IMG/VR virus record: IMGVR_UViG_3300022890_000011
Span: 64,001 to 128,000 of that record
From: a virus
Strand: one strand, 5' to 3'
DNA length: 64,000 bases
How positions within the stretch are numbered: the first letter of the stretch is position 1; every line of letters starts with the position of its first letter. A program made the position numbers and the translations under genes. The notes beneath the pieces were generated by a model, which saw only the letters and a program-made list of their open reading frames with translations, searched no databases and had not been told where the DNA came from. Positions 52,433 through 61,984 of this stretch are shown here, in pieces.

Positions 52433-52819
52433 ATGGAAAAACAAGTAAATAGAGCAATTGAAAATATTTACGGTAATGAATATTGGTTGAATATTGTCAT
52501 AAATGTAGATAAAGATTATAGTAAATCTAATAAATAAATTGTAAAAGATATTAATGATACATTTAAAAAAACTTTTGATGTTAATGAAAAAATACCAAAA
52601 ATTTTTGCGTCTTGGGTAGATAATTATACAGGTGGATTTTTTGTTATATCATTATATAAAGAAAAAACTAATTGGGGTAATAATTTTACATGGGCTTCAA
52701 CATTTTATGATTCAGAAGAAGAATTGAACTCAGATAAAGAATCAAATAAAAATGAGGTTTGGATGAATTATGATGAAATGAATTCACATTTTGATGCTTA
52801 TAAATTAGGATTATTATAA
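52433..52819 (+). pseudogene. Gene with in-frame TAA and KLGLL tail
   Basis: Single in-frame TAA at 52535-37; frame ends DAYKLGLL*. Confidence 0.6.
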
Positions 52820-52915
52820 TTTGATAAAATTTATCAAATTATTGATAAAAAAAGAAGAAATTATCAAGAAAACAAAATAATATGGGAGAACTTAAAATAA
52901 AAAGAATATAAAGAT

Positions 52916-53629
52916 ATGGGAAACAAAATGAATTTTTTATTCGATTATTATAAATATATTAAAAATGTAGATAGTTTAGATACATCAACTGATTTAAAGG
53001 TATATAATATGTTTAAAAAACACACAAAGAATGATAGTTTAGTTATTGTAGAAGGTTTAATAACTACACATCCTATTAAAAAATCAGTAGATATAATAAA
53101 AAGAAGATTCCCAAAATTAAGTGTTAAAGTTGAAGATGAAGGTGAAATATATATAGAAGGTGAAATGAAAAAATTAAAAAATTACATTCCACTTTTTACA
53201 AATTTAGGTTACTTTGTTTCACTTTATACCATCAATGGACAAGATTGGATTAAAGAATATAGTGATAATATAAAACCGATTGCACTATATTTAGAACCAA
53301 AATATGATTTAAAAATAGATGTTATTCCAGAAAAATTATATCATTCTTCTCCAATTAAATTTAAAGACAAAATATCAAAAATTGGATTTATACCGAAAAC
53401 TGGTAATAAATTGTCAAACCATCCTGATAGAATTTATCTTACCGATAGTTTAGACACAGCTATTAACTTTGGATATAATATTATAAAATCTGGATTTTGT
53501 GTTTATGAAATTAATGGTTCTAATATAAAAAATTTATATAGTGATATAAATTTAAGAAATAGTGGATATTATACCCAAGAAAATATATCACCAAATAACT
53601 TTAATTTAATTAAAGAAATAGAAAATTAA
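52916..53629 (+). CDS. Putative ADP-ribosyltransferase-fold protein (C-terminal domain)
   Basis: KLYHSS...I.KIGFIPK...PDRIYLT...YEI...D......YT.ENISP, as in Tpt1/KptA-like phage ART domains. Confidence 0.5.
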   Translation: MGNKMNFLFDYYKYIKNVDSLDTSTDLKVYNMFKKHTKNDSLVIVEGLITTHPIKKSVDIIKRRFPKLSVKVEDEGEIYIEGEMKKLKNYIPLFTNLGYFVSLYTINGQDWIKEYSDNIKPIALYLEPKYDLKIDVIPEKLYHSSPIKFKDKISKIGFIPKTGNKLSNHPDRIYLTDSLDTAINFGYNIIKSGFCVYEINGSNIKNLYSDINLRNSGYYTQENISPNNFNLIKEIEN

Positions 53630-53821
53630 ATATTTTTTATTTTGTTAAAATTTTTCTATATTGAAATATGATTAATTTAGATGAAATAAATGAGATACAC
53701 AAAGAAATACAAAAGATACTAAGTATATCAACGGTTTTTAAAATGAAGGTTGAGAAATATAAGGACGATATAATCGAATTTGAAAATTTTTTAAAAACTC
53801 AAATTATTAAAAATAAATAGA

Positions 53822-54102
53822 ATGGAAAAAGTTAAAGAACAAGTTAAATTTTGGATGATAGAAGGAATTCAAAAAGTTTTAAATGGCGAAGAAGATAATA
53901 TCAAATTATTATATACTAGACCCTATGATGTAATTGAATATATTGAATCTATAGGAGGCATTGATGAAGATAATGGTGAAGATTTTGATTGTAGGTTGGC
54001 AATGGGATTACCGGAAACAGATTACATATAAAGATAAAAAATATATGATATCAGGTGATGGATATTATCAAGATTATGCAACATTTGGATTAGATAAATA
54101 AA
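53822..54102 (+). pseudogene. Frameshifted hypothetical gene
   Basis: After EDFDC an alternative frame continues GWQWDY...MISGDGYYQ...DK*. Confidence 0.45.
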
Positions 54103-54138
54103 TAGAATGTAAGAAAAAAGATAATAGAAAGAAAAACA

Positions 54139-54223
54139 GGGGAGATGGTGAAATGTTATCATATAATGCAAGGACTCATGAGGAAACGGCATTATGTTTT
54201 GAGTTCGAATCTCAATCTCTTCA
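54139..54223 (+). ncRNA. tRNA-like cloverleaf with expanded anticodon arm
   Basis: Acceptor GGGGAGA/TCTCTTC; D arm GTGA-AATGTTA-TCAT; TAATGC/GCATTA stem with 19-nt loop; T arm TTGAG-TTCGAAT-CTCAA; ends A-CTA. Confidence 0.65.
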
Positions 54224-54436
54224 CTAATTAAAACTATCTCAAATGAAAAAAGAAAGAAAAACATCAAAACGATTTAACAAAGATGAATAGACAAGAAATA
54301 ATTAGAATTGAATCTTTATTACAAGAGTGGTATTGTAAAAATTGTGATAATATTAAAGATCAAGATGATAAAGAAGATTATCTAAAGATATTAGAAGCAT
54401 TAAGAGAATATAAAATTAAATTAAACTAAAGACGAT

Positions 54437-55696
54437 ATGCAAAAAGAAAGAATTAAAGTAAAACCTACAATTTATAAAGATAAACCAATTCACGTACACG
54501 AAATAGAAATGTTTGATGGAAATATTGGAATTGTTAAAGACACCGAATTTATTAAAGTTTTTAAATCAGATGATTATAATTTTTATTTTAATAAGATTGA
54601 CGGGGAATTCATAAGATGGGGTACCGGAGATTACACAAAAGAACCACCAAAAAAAGTTTCTAAAAAACAAATTGAATTGTACCAATTATGGACAATTTTC
54701 TGGGGTGAAGATGTAGGGAATTTCAAAGATTTTGTTAGAGACCTGGAAACGGATGGTAGTGTTACAAATACAGTGCCGGAAATCTTAGATTTTGAGGTAA
54801 GTGATAAGTGTGCAGGTGTGAGTATGGCTGGTGGTAAGGCTTCGCCTTGTAAATTTTGTTATAAATCGAATAATAATAATGGATCTTATATGACAACTGA
54901 AGATTTTACTAAAGTTATGGATAAGATGCCAAAATCTTTATGTCAAATAGCTTTGGGAATTGGTAATGTAGATCAACCAAATTTATTTGATCTAATGGAT
55001 GTGTGTATTCATCGTGGAATCGTGCCAAACTTGACTTTGAATGGAGATCGAATGACTGATGAGATTTGTGATAAATTATCAGAAAGATGTGGAGCAGTTG
55101 CTGTTAGCTATTATGATAAAGATTTAACATTTAATTCAATTTATGAATTGGCTACTGTTAGAAAAATGTCTCAAATTAATATTCATTACTTTTTATCTGA
55201 AGAGACATACGAACAAGGTTTACAGTTAATTGATGATGTTCAAAATGATCCAAGAACTAAAGATTTAAATGCTATTGTTTTTCTTTCAGCAAAAATTAGA
55301 GGAAATGCCGAAAAAAATAATTATCATATTCTTAGTCAGGATAAATATAATATAATTTCACAAAAAGCTTTACATATTGATGTGGCTGTGGGGATGGATA
55401 GTTGTAGTGCATTCAAGACCCTGATTAGTTTTAAAGATGAACCTAATTTTGATTCTTTACAAAATATGATAGAGAGCTGCGAATCAACTATTTATAGTAC
55501 CTATATAAATAAAAAGGGAATTTTTTTTCCATGTAGTTTTGCCCAGGGCATCGGTGATTGGAGTGAAGGTATAAATGTTTTAGAGTGTAATAATTTTTTA
55601 AAAGATGTTTGGCATAACGAAAAAACAAGAAAATTTTCATGTGAAGTTGTAAATTGTAGAAATCAGTGCAAATCTTGTGCTATATTTGAAATTTAA
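54437..55696 (+). CDS. Radical SAM enzyme with Twitch/SPASM-like C-terminus
   Basis: PEILDFEVSDKC-x12-CKFCY; QIALG; NLTLNG; AVAVS; C-terminal CES...YIN..G.FFPCSF...C...C..C. Confidence 0.85.
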   Translation: MQKERIKVKPTIYKDKPIHVHEIEMFDGNIGIVKDTEFIKVFKSDDYNFYFNKIDGEFIRWGTGDYTKEPPKKVSKKQIELYQLWTIFWGEDVGNFKDFVRDLETDGSVTNTVPEILDFEVSDKCAGVSMAGGKASPCKFCYKSNNNNGSYMTTEDFTKVMDKMPKSLCQIALGIGNVDQPNLFDLMDVCIHRGIVPNLTLNGDRMTDEICDKLSERCGAVAVSYYDKDLTFNSIYELATVRKMSQINIHYFLSEETYEQGLQLIDDVQNDPRTKDLNAIVFLSAKIRGNAEKNNYHILSQDKYNIISQKALHIDVAVGMDSCSAFKTLISFKDEPNFDSLQNMIESCESTIYSTYINKKGIFFPCSFAQGIGDWSEGINVLECNNFLKDVWHNEKTRKFSCEVVNCRNQCKSCAIFEI

Positions 55697-55701
55697 AAAA
55701 A

Positions 55702-56529
55702 TTAAGGTTTCCATTCTTTAATATTATCGTCCAATTTTGTTAATATTTTTCTACATTTGTATCCTTTGTAAGTGTTTGTTTTACCAGTTGAACAACTATA
55801 AAGTGCAGTTGCATGTAATTTAATATCAGTATAATCTTTACAAAATTCACTAACTTTTATTTTATATTCCTTTCCATTTGGAAATGTAATAATATAGAAT
55901 TTAGTGTTTTTGTAGTAAGGATTATTTTTACCTTTTAAGTGTTTTTCTATATAATTATTTTTTTCATCTTTTGAAGCCTTATTTATCCAACATTTATCTT
56001 TTAATTCCTGTTCTGATAATTTTTTTTGATAATTATTATCACCAGTAATATTATTAAGCCATAATTCCCTTTCTTCTTTTGACATTCTTTTTGAAAAATG
56101 TTTTTCTCCTGAAACAAGGTGACCATTTTTATACATACCATTATTCTCACCATATCTATATTTTATTAACCATTTTTTACGTTCTTCTTCAGATAGCCTT
56201 GATAGCCAGTGATTTTCGCCAACTGAACCATAATTACACAAACCACCTTCTGTTAAATTGTATCCATTTTTATTAGGTGCATATGAATTATATTTTTTGA
56301 TATAATAGATTTCTCGTTCTTCTAATATATCACTATCGCATTCTTCTACAACTTCCCATTTAAAATTTTCAACACCATATTTAATTAAAGCTTTATGAAA
56401 AATAGAAAATTTTACACCACTTTTAGCTTCTTTAATATGTTCCTTTTTTCTGATTTTAAGAGTTCTGCCTGTTAATCCGATATAATGTTTACCGTTAATG
56501 TTATTAATTACTTTATAGATTATTCCCAT
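55702..56529 (-). CDS. GIY-YIG homing endonuclease with NUMOD-like DNA-binding repeats
   Basis: MGIIYKVIN.INGKHYIGLT, R..EH, REIYYI, GYNLTEGG; GENNGMY and GKNNPYY repeats. Confidence 0.88.
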   Translation of the reverse strand: MGIIYKVINNINGKHYIGLTGRTLKIRKKEHIKEAKSGVKFSIFHKALIKYGVENFKWEVVEECDSDILEEREIYYIKKYNSYAPNKNGYNLTEGGLCNYGSVGENHWLSRLSEEERKKWLIKYRYGENNGMYKNGHLVSGEKHFSKRMSKEERELWLNNITGDNNYQKKLSEQELKDKCWINKASKDEKNNYIEKHLKGKNNPYYKNTKFYIITFPNGKEYKIKVSEFCKDYTDIKLHATALYSCSTGKTNTYKGYKCRKILTKLDDNIKEWKP

Positions 56530-56536
56530 AGTTATT

Positions 56537-56701
56537 TTATATGATTATATTTTCAATATTCTCGCCTTTTAATTTCAGGTCTTTGTATATTAACCATTCT
56601 ATATATTTTGATCTGTTATTAAAATTTTCTTTTATAACCTTTGTTAATTTAGGATCTAGTGAGATTGAAATTGTAGTCTTTGATTTTTTAGATTTTTTCA
56701 T
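56537..56701 (-). CDS. Ribbon-helix-helix protein (54 aa, not in track) directly upstream of the GIY-YIG gene
   Basis: MKKSKKSKTTISISLDPKL...NRSKYIEWLIYKDL. Confidence 0.7.
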   Translation of the reverse strand: MKKSKKSKTTISISLDPKLTKVIKENFNNRSKYIEWLIYKDLKLKGENIENIII

Positions 56702-57283
56702 ATAGTTATATATTAAAATTTAAAAGTCAAAAAGTAACATTATAGTAACATAATAAAACAAGAAATAACAAGATATATAGTTACTATACATTAAACAATA
56801 ATGTCACCAAATAATATTTATTAATAATAATGATGTATAGAATAATTATAAAAGAAGGCAAAGAATGGGTTCAGTATTGAAGGGATTTCACTCAGACATT
56901 TGAAAAACATTCATTATGCAAATAAAGAACAAGATACAATAAATCAAATAATTGAGTTGTTAAAAGATTTAGAATAAAAGTTTTACAAAAATAGTAATAT
57001 AGGTATATATTAAAAAACAAATGTTAAAAATAATAAAAATTATGAATCGTTTTGAACTGAAATCTTGATATAGTTAAGAATTTTTTCTGGACAGATTTTA
57101 AATATTAATATCCTATTTATGAGATCAAAAAATAATAAAAATTAAATGAAAAACATTAAAATGAAAATTAAAATTAATTTTAAAATTAAAATGAAAGTAA
57201 ATATCATAAAAATTGTAAAAATCATTATTACAATTATTTTAATCTTTGTATAAACATTTTTGAAATTTTCAGATAATTAATTA

Positions 57284-57466
57284 ATGAGAAATAAATTATC
57301 AGAAGAAAAGAAAAAGAAGAAATTTTCGGTTTCAATTAACAAAGATCTTAACATTAAATTGGAGGAATATTTAGAAGATACGAATATTAATAAGTCTAAA
57401 TATATTGAATCTTTGGTTAGAAAAGACCTAGAAGACAGGGGAGAAGATGTTGAAAAAGAATTTTAA
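57284..57466 (+). CDS. Ribbon-helix-helix protein
   Basis: KFSVSINKDL...NKSKYIESLVRKDL. Confidence 0.7.
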   Translation: MRNKLSEEKKKKKFSVSINKDLNIKLEEYLEDTNINKSKYIESLVRKDLEDRGEDVEKEF

Positions 57467-57527
57467 AAAATTTTTTATATTTCTATATTTCCTTATATTC
57501 ACATAATTATAAATTTAAAATAAAAAC

Positions 57528-58479
57528 ATGAAAAAATTAGTAAGTATTATGATAGTACTATTTTTTAGTATTATTTGTGTTTATAGGCAATGCACAAAAA
57601 AATTATTGTCAAGACCAAATTAAAGATATTGATTATACTTTAGATGAAAAAGGATATCCAGTGTTTAGTTATATAATATATGATGTGGATACATCTTTTA
57701 TAAATTTATTACAATTGAATTCATATAAAACATATAAAATTGATGGTAGTTATAGAATTTATTGTAATATTTCTTATAATTTTGAAGACAAAACTTACAA
57801 AGACTTTCAGGGAATAGAACATTACAATAATCTCATCATTAAATTTACTGTTTCTGATTATATTATTAAATTTTATAAAAAAGATAAAAAAGATATAAGA
57901 GAATTCTATCCTTTAATTGAAAAAGAAAAAAGAATCCAAGCATATAGATTTAATAAAATGAAAAAGGTATTAGATATAAAGTTTGAAATTTTAAAACAAC
58001 AAATTATACAACGTCATTTCAACCCCAAAATTGTAAAACCAAATTTGACAAATAATTTAACATTCATACAGGGTTTGAATACATTTGTGATAGATAGTAC
58101 AAAGACAATTGACACAATATCAATACCGTTGAGAAATGTTATATTTGCCTTTAATGATAAAATATCAAAATTAGAATCCAAAAATATTCAAGCTGGTAAT
58201 GATTTAATTAATTTTCATGAACAATATTCCTCAGGAATAAGATTAATTGGTCTTGGAATTGTATCAAATATAATTGGAGTAGGAGTTTTATCTGGTGTTT
58301 TATCAGATGAACCATATATTGAATTAGGTTGTGGTCTTATGGTTGGTGGTAGTATTTTAACTATTGCTGGAGGTGTAATAATGATTGATGCTCATAAACA
58401 CATTAAAATGGCTGGGAGAGATTTAAAAATGCAAGTTTCACCAAATAAAGTAAGTATTAAAATGAAATTATACCGTTAA
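57528..58479 (+). CDS. Secreted/membrane protein; signal peptide separated by a frameshift in a T6 run
   Basis: ATG 57528 MKKLVSIMIVL joins the 57577 frame if T6 (57561-66) were T5; C-terminal Gly-rich TM pair. Confidence 0.55.
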
Positions 58480-58491
58480 AAAAGAAAAATT

Positions 58492-60655
58492 ATGAAAAAA
58501 TTATTGATTGTTTTAATTATGATAGGGTTTTTATCATGTGAAAAATCTAACAAAATTCAAACAAAATTTATTTATGGAAAATGGATAAGCCAAAGTGAAT
58601 GTGGAACAATATATCTTACTAAAGATAATTGTAAAATTAAAAATGGTTTTTTAATTTTTGAAGATTTAAAAGTTAGAATAATTAATGTAAATGAAAATAC
58701 ATTGGCATTGGATTATGAATGTTTAATTTGGAAGAAACCTAAAGTTTTAACTCCATGTTTGATAAGTTTAGGATATATTTTAGACGATAATGGGAATATT
58801 ATACAAGATACTATAAATTAAAAAGCAAAATAAAAATTATGAAAAAATTATTGATATTGATATTAGGACTAATTATAAGTTTATTATTTACAAGTTGTAA
58901 AAAAGAAGAGTTAAAAAATTTGTCTAATAAACAAGTAATAATAGAAGAGTCAGGTGTTATAAATGAATGGTGTGATATAGTAAAGGTTATACCTGATTTT
59001 AATTATGGTAATAGATTTACAGAAGAAATATATGATCATTATGGATTAGAATTGGAATCGAGTGGTATATTTAAATCAAGTTTGTTATATTATCCTAAAA
59101 CTGATGGTATTATTTCTTCCAGATATGACACAAATTATATTCATAATTTTGGTAGATTAATACGAGATTTTGATGATGATTTGAATTTTAATATATCAGA
59201 AAATAATTTCTATGATAATACATGCTTACCAGGTACATATAGTATTTCAGAAAATGGTATATTTAGAATTAAATTTAATTTACACTTAGAAAGACAAGTA
59301 TATGGTCAAGATATAAAAATAATTATATTTAAAATAAATAAAGCTAGTATATTTTTTAACAAATCATCAATTTCATGGCATACACATCAAGGTATAACAG
59401 AATATACTGAAGAAATATATAAAATGCCTACAAATCTTTTCATTTCTCAACCTTTAGAATTAACTAGTAATGATATTGATTGTATACCAGGTGATATGAT
59501 AGGTATAAAAATAACACCATTAGGTAATGCTAATGTTTTTTTAAATTATATTATAATTCAAAAAGCAAAATAAAAATTATGAAAAAGTTATTATTAATAT
59601 TAAGTTTAATTATGTGTATAACATTTAGTTATTCACAGAAAACAACAGACACATTATATATAGATGAAATATATGAAGATGCATCTAAAAGTTTATTTTC
59701 TACAAAAATATTAGAATTTGATTCTATTTCCAAGCAAGATTTAATGAATAGATTTGAAGCTTGGGGTGGTCAAAATTTTAGGAATTATAGTGAGGTTAAA
59801 ACAAGTAAAACAGAAAACCAAATAACTCTAATGTATATTGGTGGTCATTTTAATGTTTATAGTGGTATGTATATAAAATTAGTTTCTGAATTTAAAGATA
59901 ATAAAATTAGGTTATCTTTTTATGATGATGGTAATACATATTATTATTATCCAGCATCTAAATACCAACCAGGGTATAAAGTAGAATCTCATAAATATAA
60001 AATTAAACATTATTTTAATGGATTTGGTTCAGCTAATCCATATTTATCATATGGTAATAAAATTGTATATAAAACTAAAGATGGTTATATTACAAAGTTG
60101 TTTAGTAGGAGAGTTGTACTATATGCTCTTCAATATAAAAAAGATATTAAAAATACTATAATTTCAATTGATAAATTCCTTAAAATTCAAACAGACGCTA
60201 ATACTGATTCTGATTGGTAATCTTATATTAAAATTATGAAAAAGTTATTATTAATGCTTATTATTTTTACAATTGGAATTACAAGTTGTAAAAAAATAGA
60301 AATGGAAAATCAAATTGATGGTATATGGAAAAGCACACCCACCATATACAAATATGATGATAATTATGATGAGTATTATGATTTTTATGAATTTGATGGA
60401 GATAAAGTAATTTATAAACATATCTCAATACGTGTAGATTCTGATGGTGAAAATGTATGTGAAGATGGTTATGAAGGAACTTTTAAATTAAAGAAAAGAT
60501 ATTTAATAATTGAATTGCCTAACGATGCATTTAATATTCCGATAATTAAATTTGAAGACATTATTAGTATAAAATATGAATTAACTGATACAAAATTGAT
60601 TTTATATTTTCAAAGTTACGATACTGAATATTCTGCAATATATTTTAAGCAATAA
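58492..60655 (+). CDS. Array of four Bacteroidota-style exported proteins (58492, 58839 and 60236 lipoproteins; 59579 with a SPase I signal)
   Basis: All start MKKLL; lipoboxes LSC-EK, TSC-KK, TSC-KK; I.G.W lipocalin-like motif in two. Confidence 0.7.
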
Positions 60656-60738
60656 TTGTTTTTTATAAAAAAATTTTCTTATATTCTCACAATATTAAAA
60701 TTAAAAATAAAAAAAAAGAAAAATTAAGTAATAAAATT

Positions 60739-61556
60739 ATGAAAAGATTTATGGGTATGATGCCTTCAAGTGAAGTAAAAAAAGAAAAACAATTTAAAGT
60801 TGGTGTAGGACAACTTATAGTAACTGTTCAATCAGGAGAAAATGGATGGACTATATTATATGCTGATAGTTCATCTGAATATAAAGATGTTGTTGATACA
60901 ATTGAAAACAATTTTAATGAAGCATTAGATGTATTAACAACACATTTTTCAAATATAAATGAAATTTAAAAAATGGAACAACCAAAATTCATACACGATT
61001 GCGATAATTGTATTTTCTTAGGAATATATGAAGAATATGATTTATATTATTGTGATAATGAACCTACTATAATTGCAAGATATGGTGATAATGGACCAGA
61101 TTATATGAGTGGGATGATATTTGCACAGCCAGATAAAAGTGAACCATTATATAAAGCAAAACAATTAGCCATTGAAAAAGGGTTATTATAAATTGTTTTA
61201 AATTTCCTTATATTAAATGAATGGAAGAATATAGATTTAAAATATTTGATTGTGAATATGGCATTAAATTGTACGATTGTATGAAATTTGATGTATCATA
61301 TTTAAAATCAAATGGAAGAAATGAAATGTCATCTAAAGAGGTGTGGGTTGATTGGATTACTGCTATAACATCAACATGGCCTAAACACCAACTTGTTATA
61401 TATGCAAGAGGTGAGTCTTTTGATGTTTATGGTTATGATACTGTAGAAGTATTTGAGAGAGATTATGATACAAGTAAAAATTATCTAAATTTTAAAATTA
61501 GTAGTAGAAAAGATTTTAATATGATAATAGAATCAAAAAAATTAAACTTATTATAA
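60739..61556 (+). CDS. Three small hypothetical ORFs
   Basis: 60739..60969; 60973..61191 (HDCDNC, ends EKGLL); 61221..61556 (ends ESKKLNLL). Confidence 0.5.
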
Positions 61557-61579
61557 ATAAATTAAAAAAAAGAAAAAAC

Positions 61580-61951
61580 ATGGAAGCAATTACAATAACA
61601 TCATCACCAAAAACACCTGAAATTAATTTTAAAGAAGGTCTAATAGAAATAAGTGGTAGATCAATACCAGAAAATTCAATTGAGTTTTATAAACCAATGA
61701 TAGAGTGGTTAAAAGAATATGTAAATGAACCTATTAAAACTGAAGTTAATATAAAATTAGAATATTTTAATACAAGTTCATCAAAGTGTCTTTTAGATGT
61801 ATTTAAAAAATTAGAAGATATTAATAAAAAAACCGAAGTAATTATTAACTGGTGTTATGAAGAAGATGATGAAGATATGCTTGAAGCAGGAGAAGATTAT
61901 GAATCAATAATTAAAATACCATTTAATATGGTGGAAGTTGAGGAAATTTAA
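61580..61951 (+). CDS. siaC: SiaC/DUF1987 family regulatory phosphoprotein
   Basis: TPEINF..G.IEISGRSIPEN..EFY.P; LEYFNTSSSK; INW.YEEDDEDMLEAGEDY. Confidence 0.85.
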   Translation: MEAITITSSPKTPEINFKEGLIEISGRSIPENSIEFYKPMIEWLKEYVNEPIKTEVNIKLEYFNTSSSKCLLDVFKKLEDINKKTEVIINWCYEEDDEDMLEAGEDYESIIKIPFNMVEVEEI

Positions 61952-61984
61952 GAGGTTTCAAAATATTTCATTTATTTTTAGCAT

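Noticed and set aside
54170-54190. Hammerhead ribozyme core (CTCATGAG...GAAAC)
   Set aside because: Mismatch in the CUGAUGA core and no stem II; the tRNA-like fold explains the flanks better.
51998-55696. Nitrogenase cofactor (NifB) pathway
   Set aside because: The radical SAM enzyme lacks NifB motifs and no other nif genes are present; NifX-fold proteins are common outside diazotrophs.
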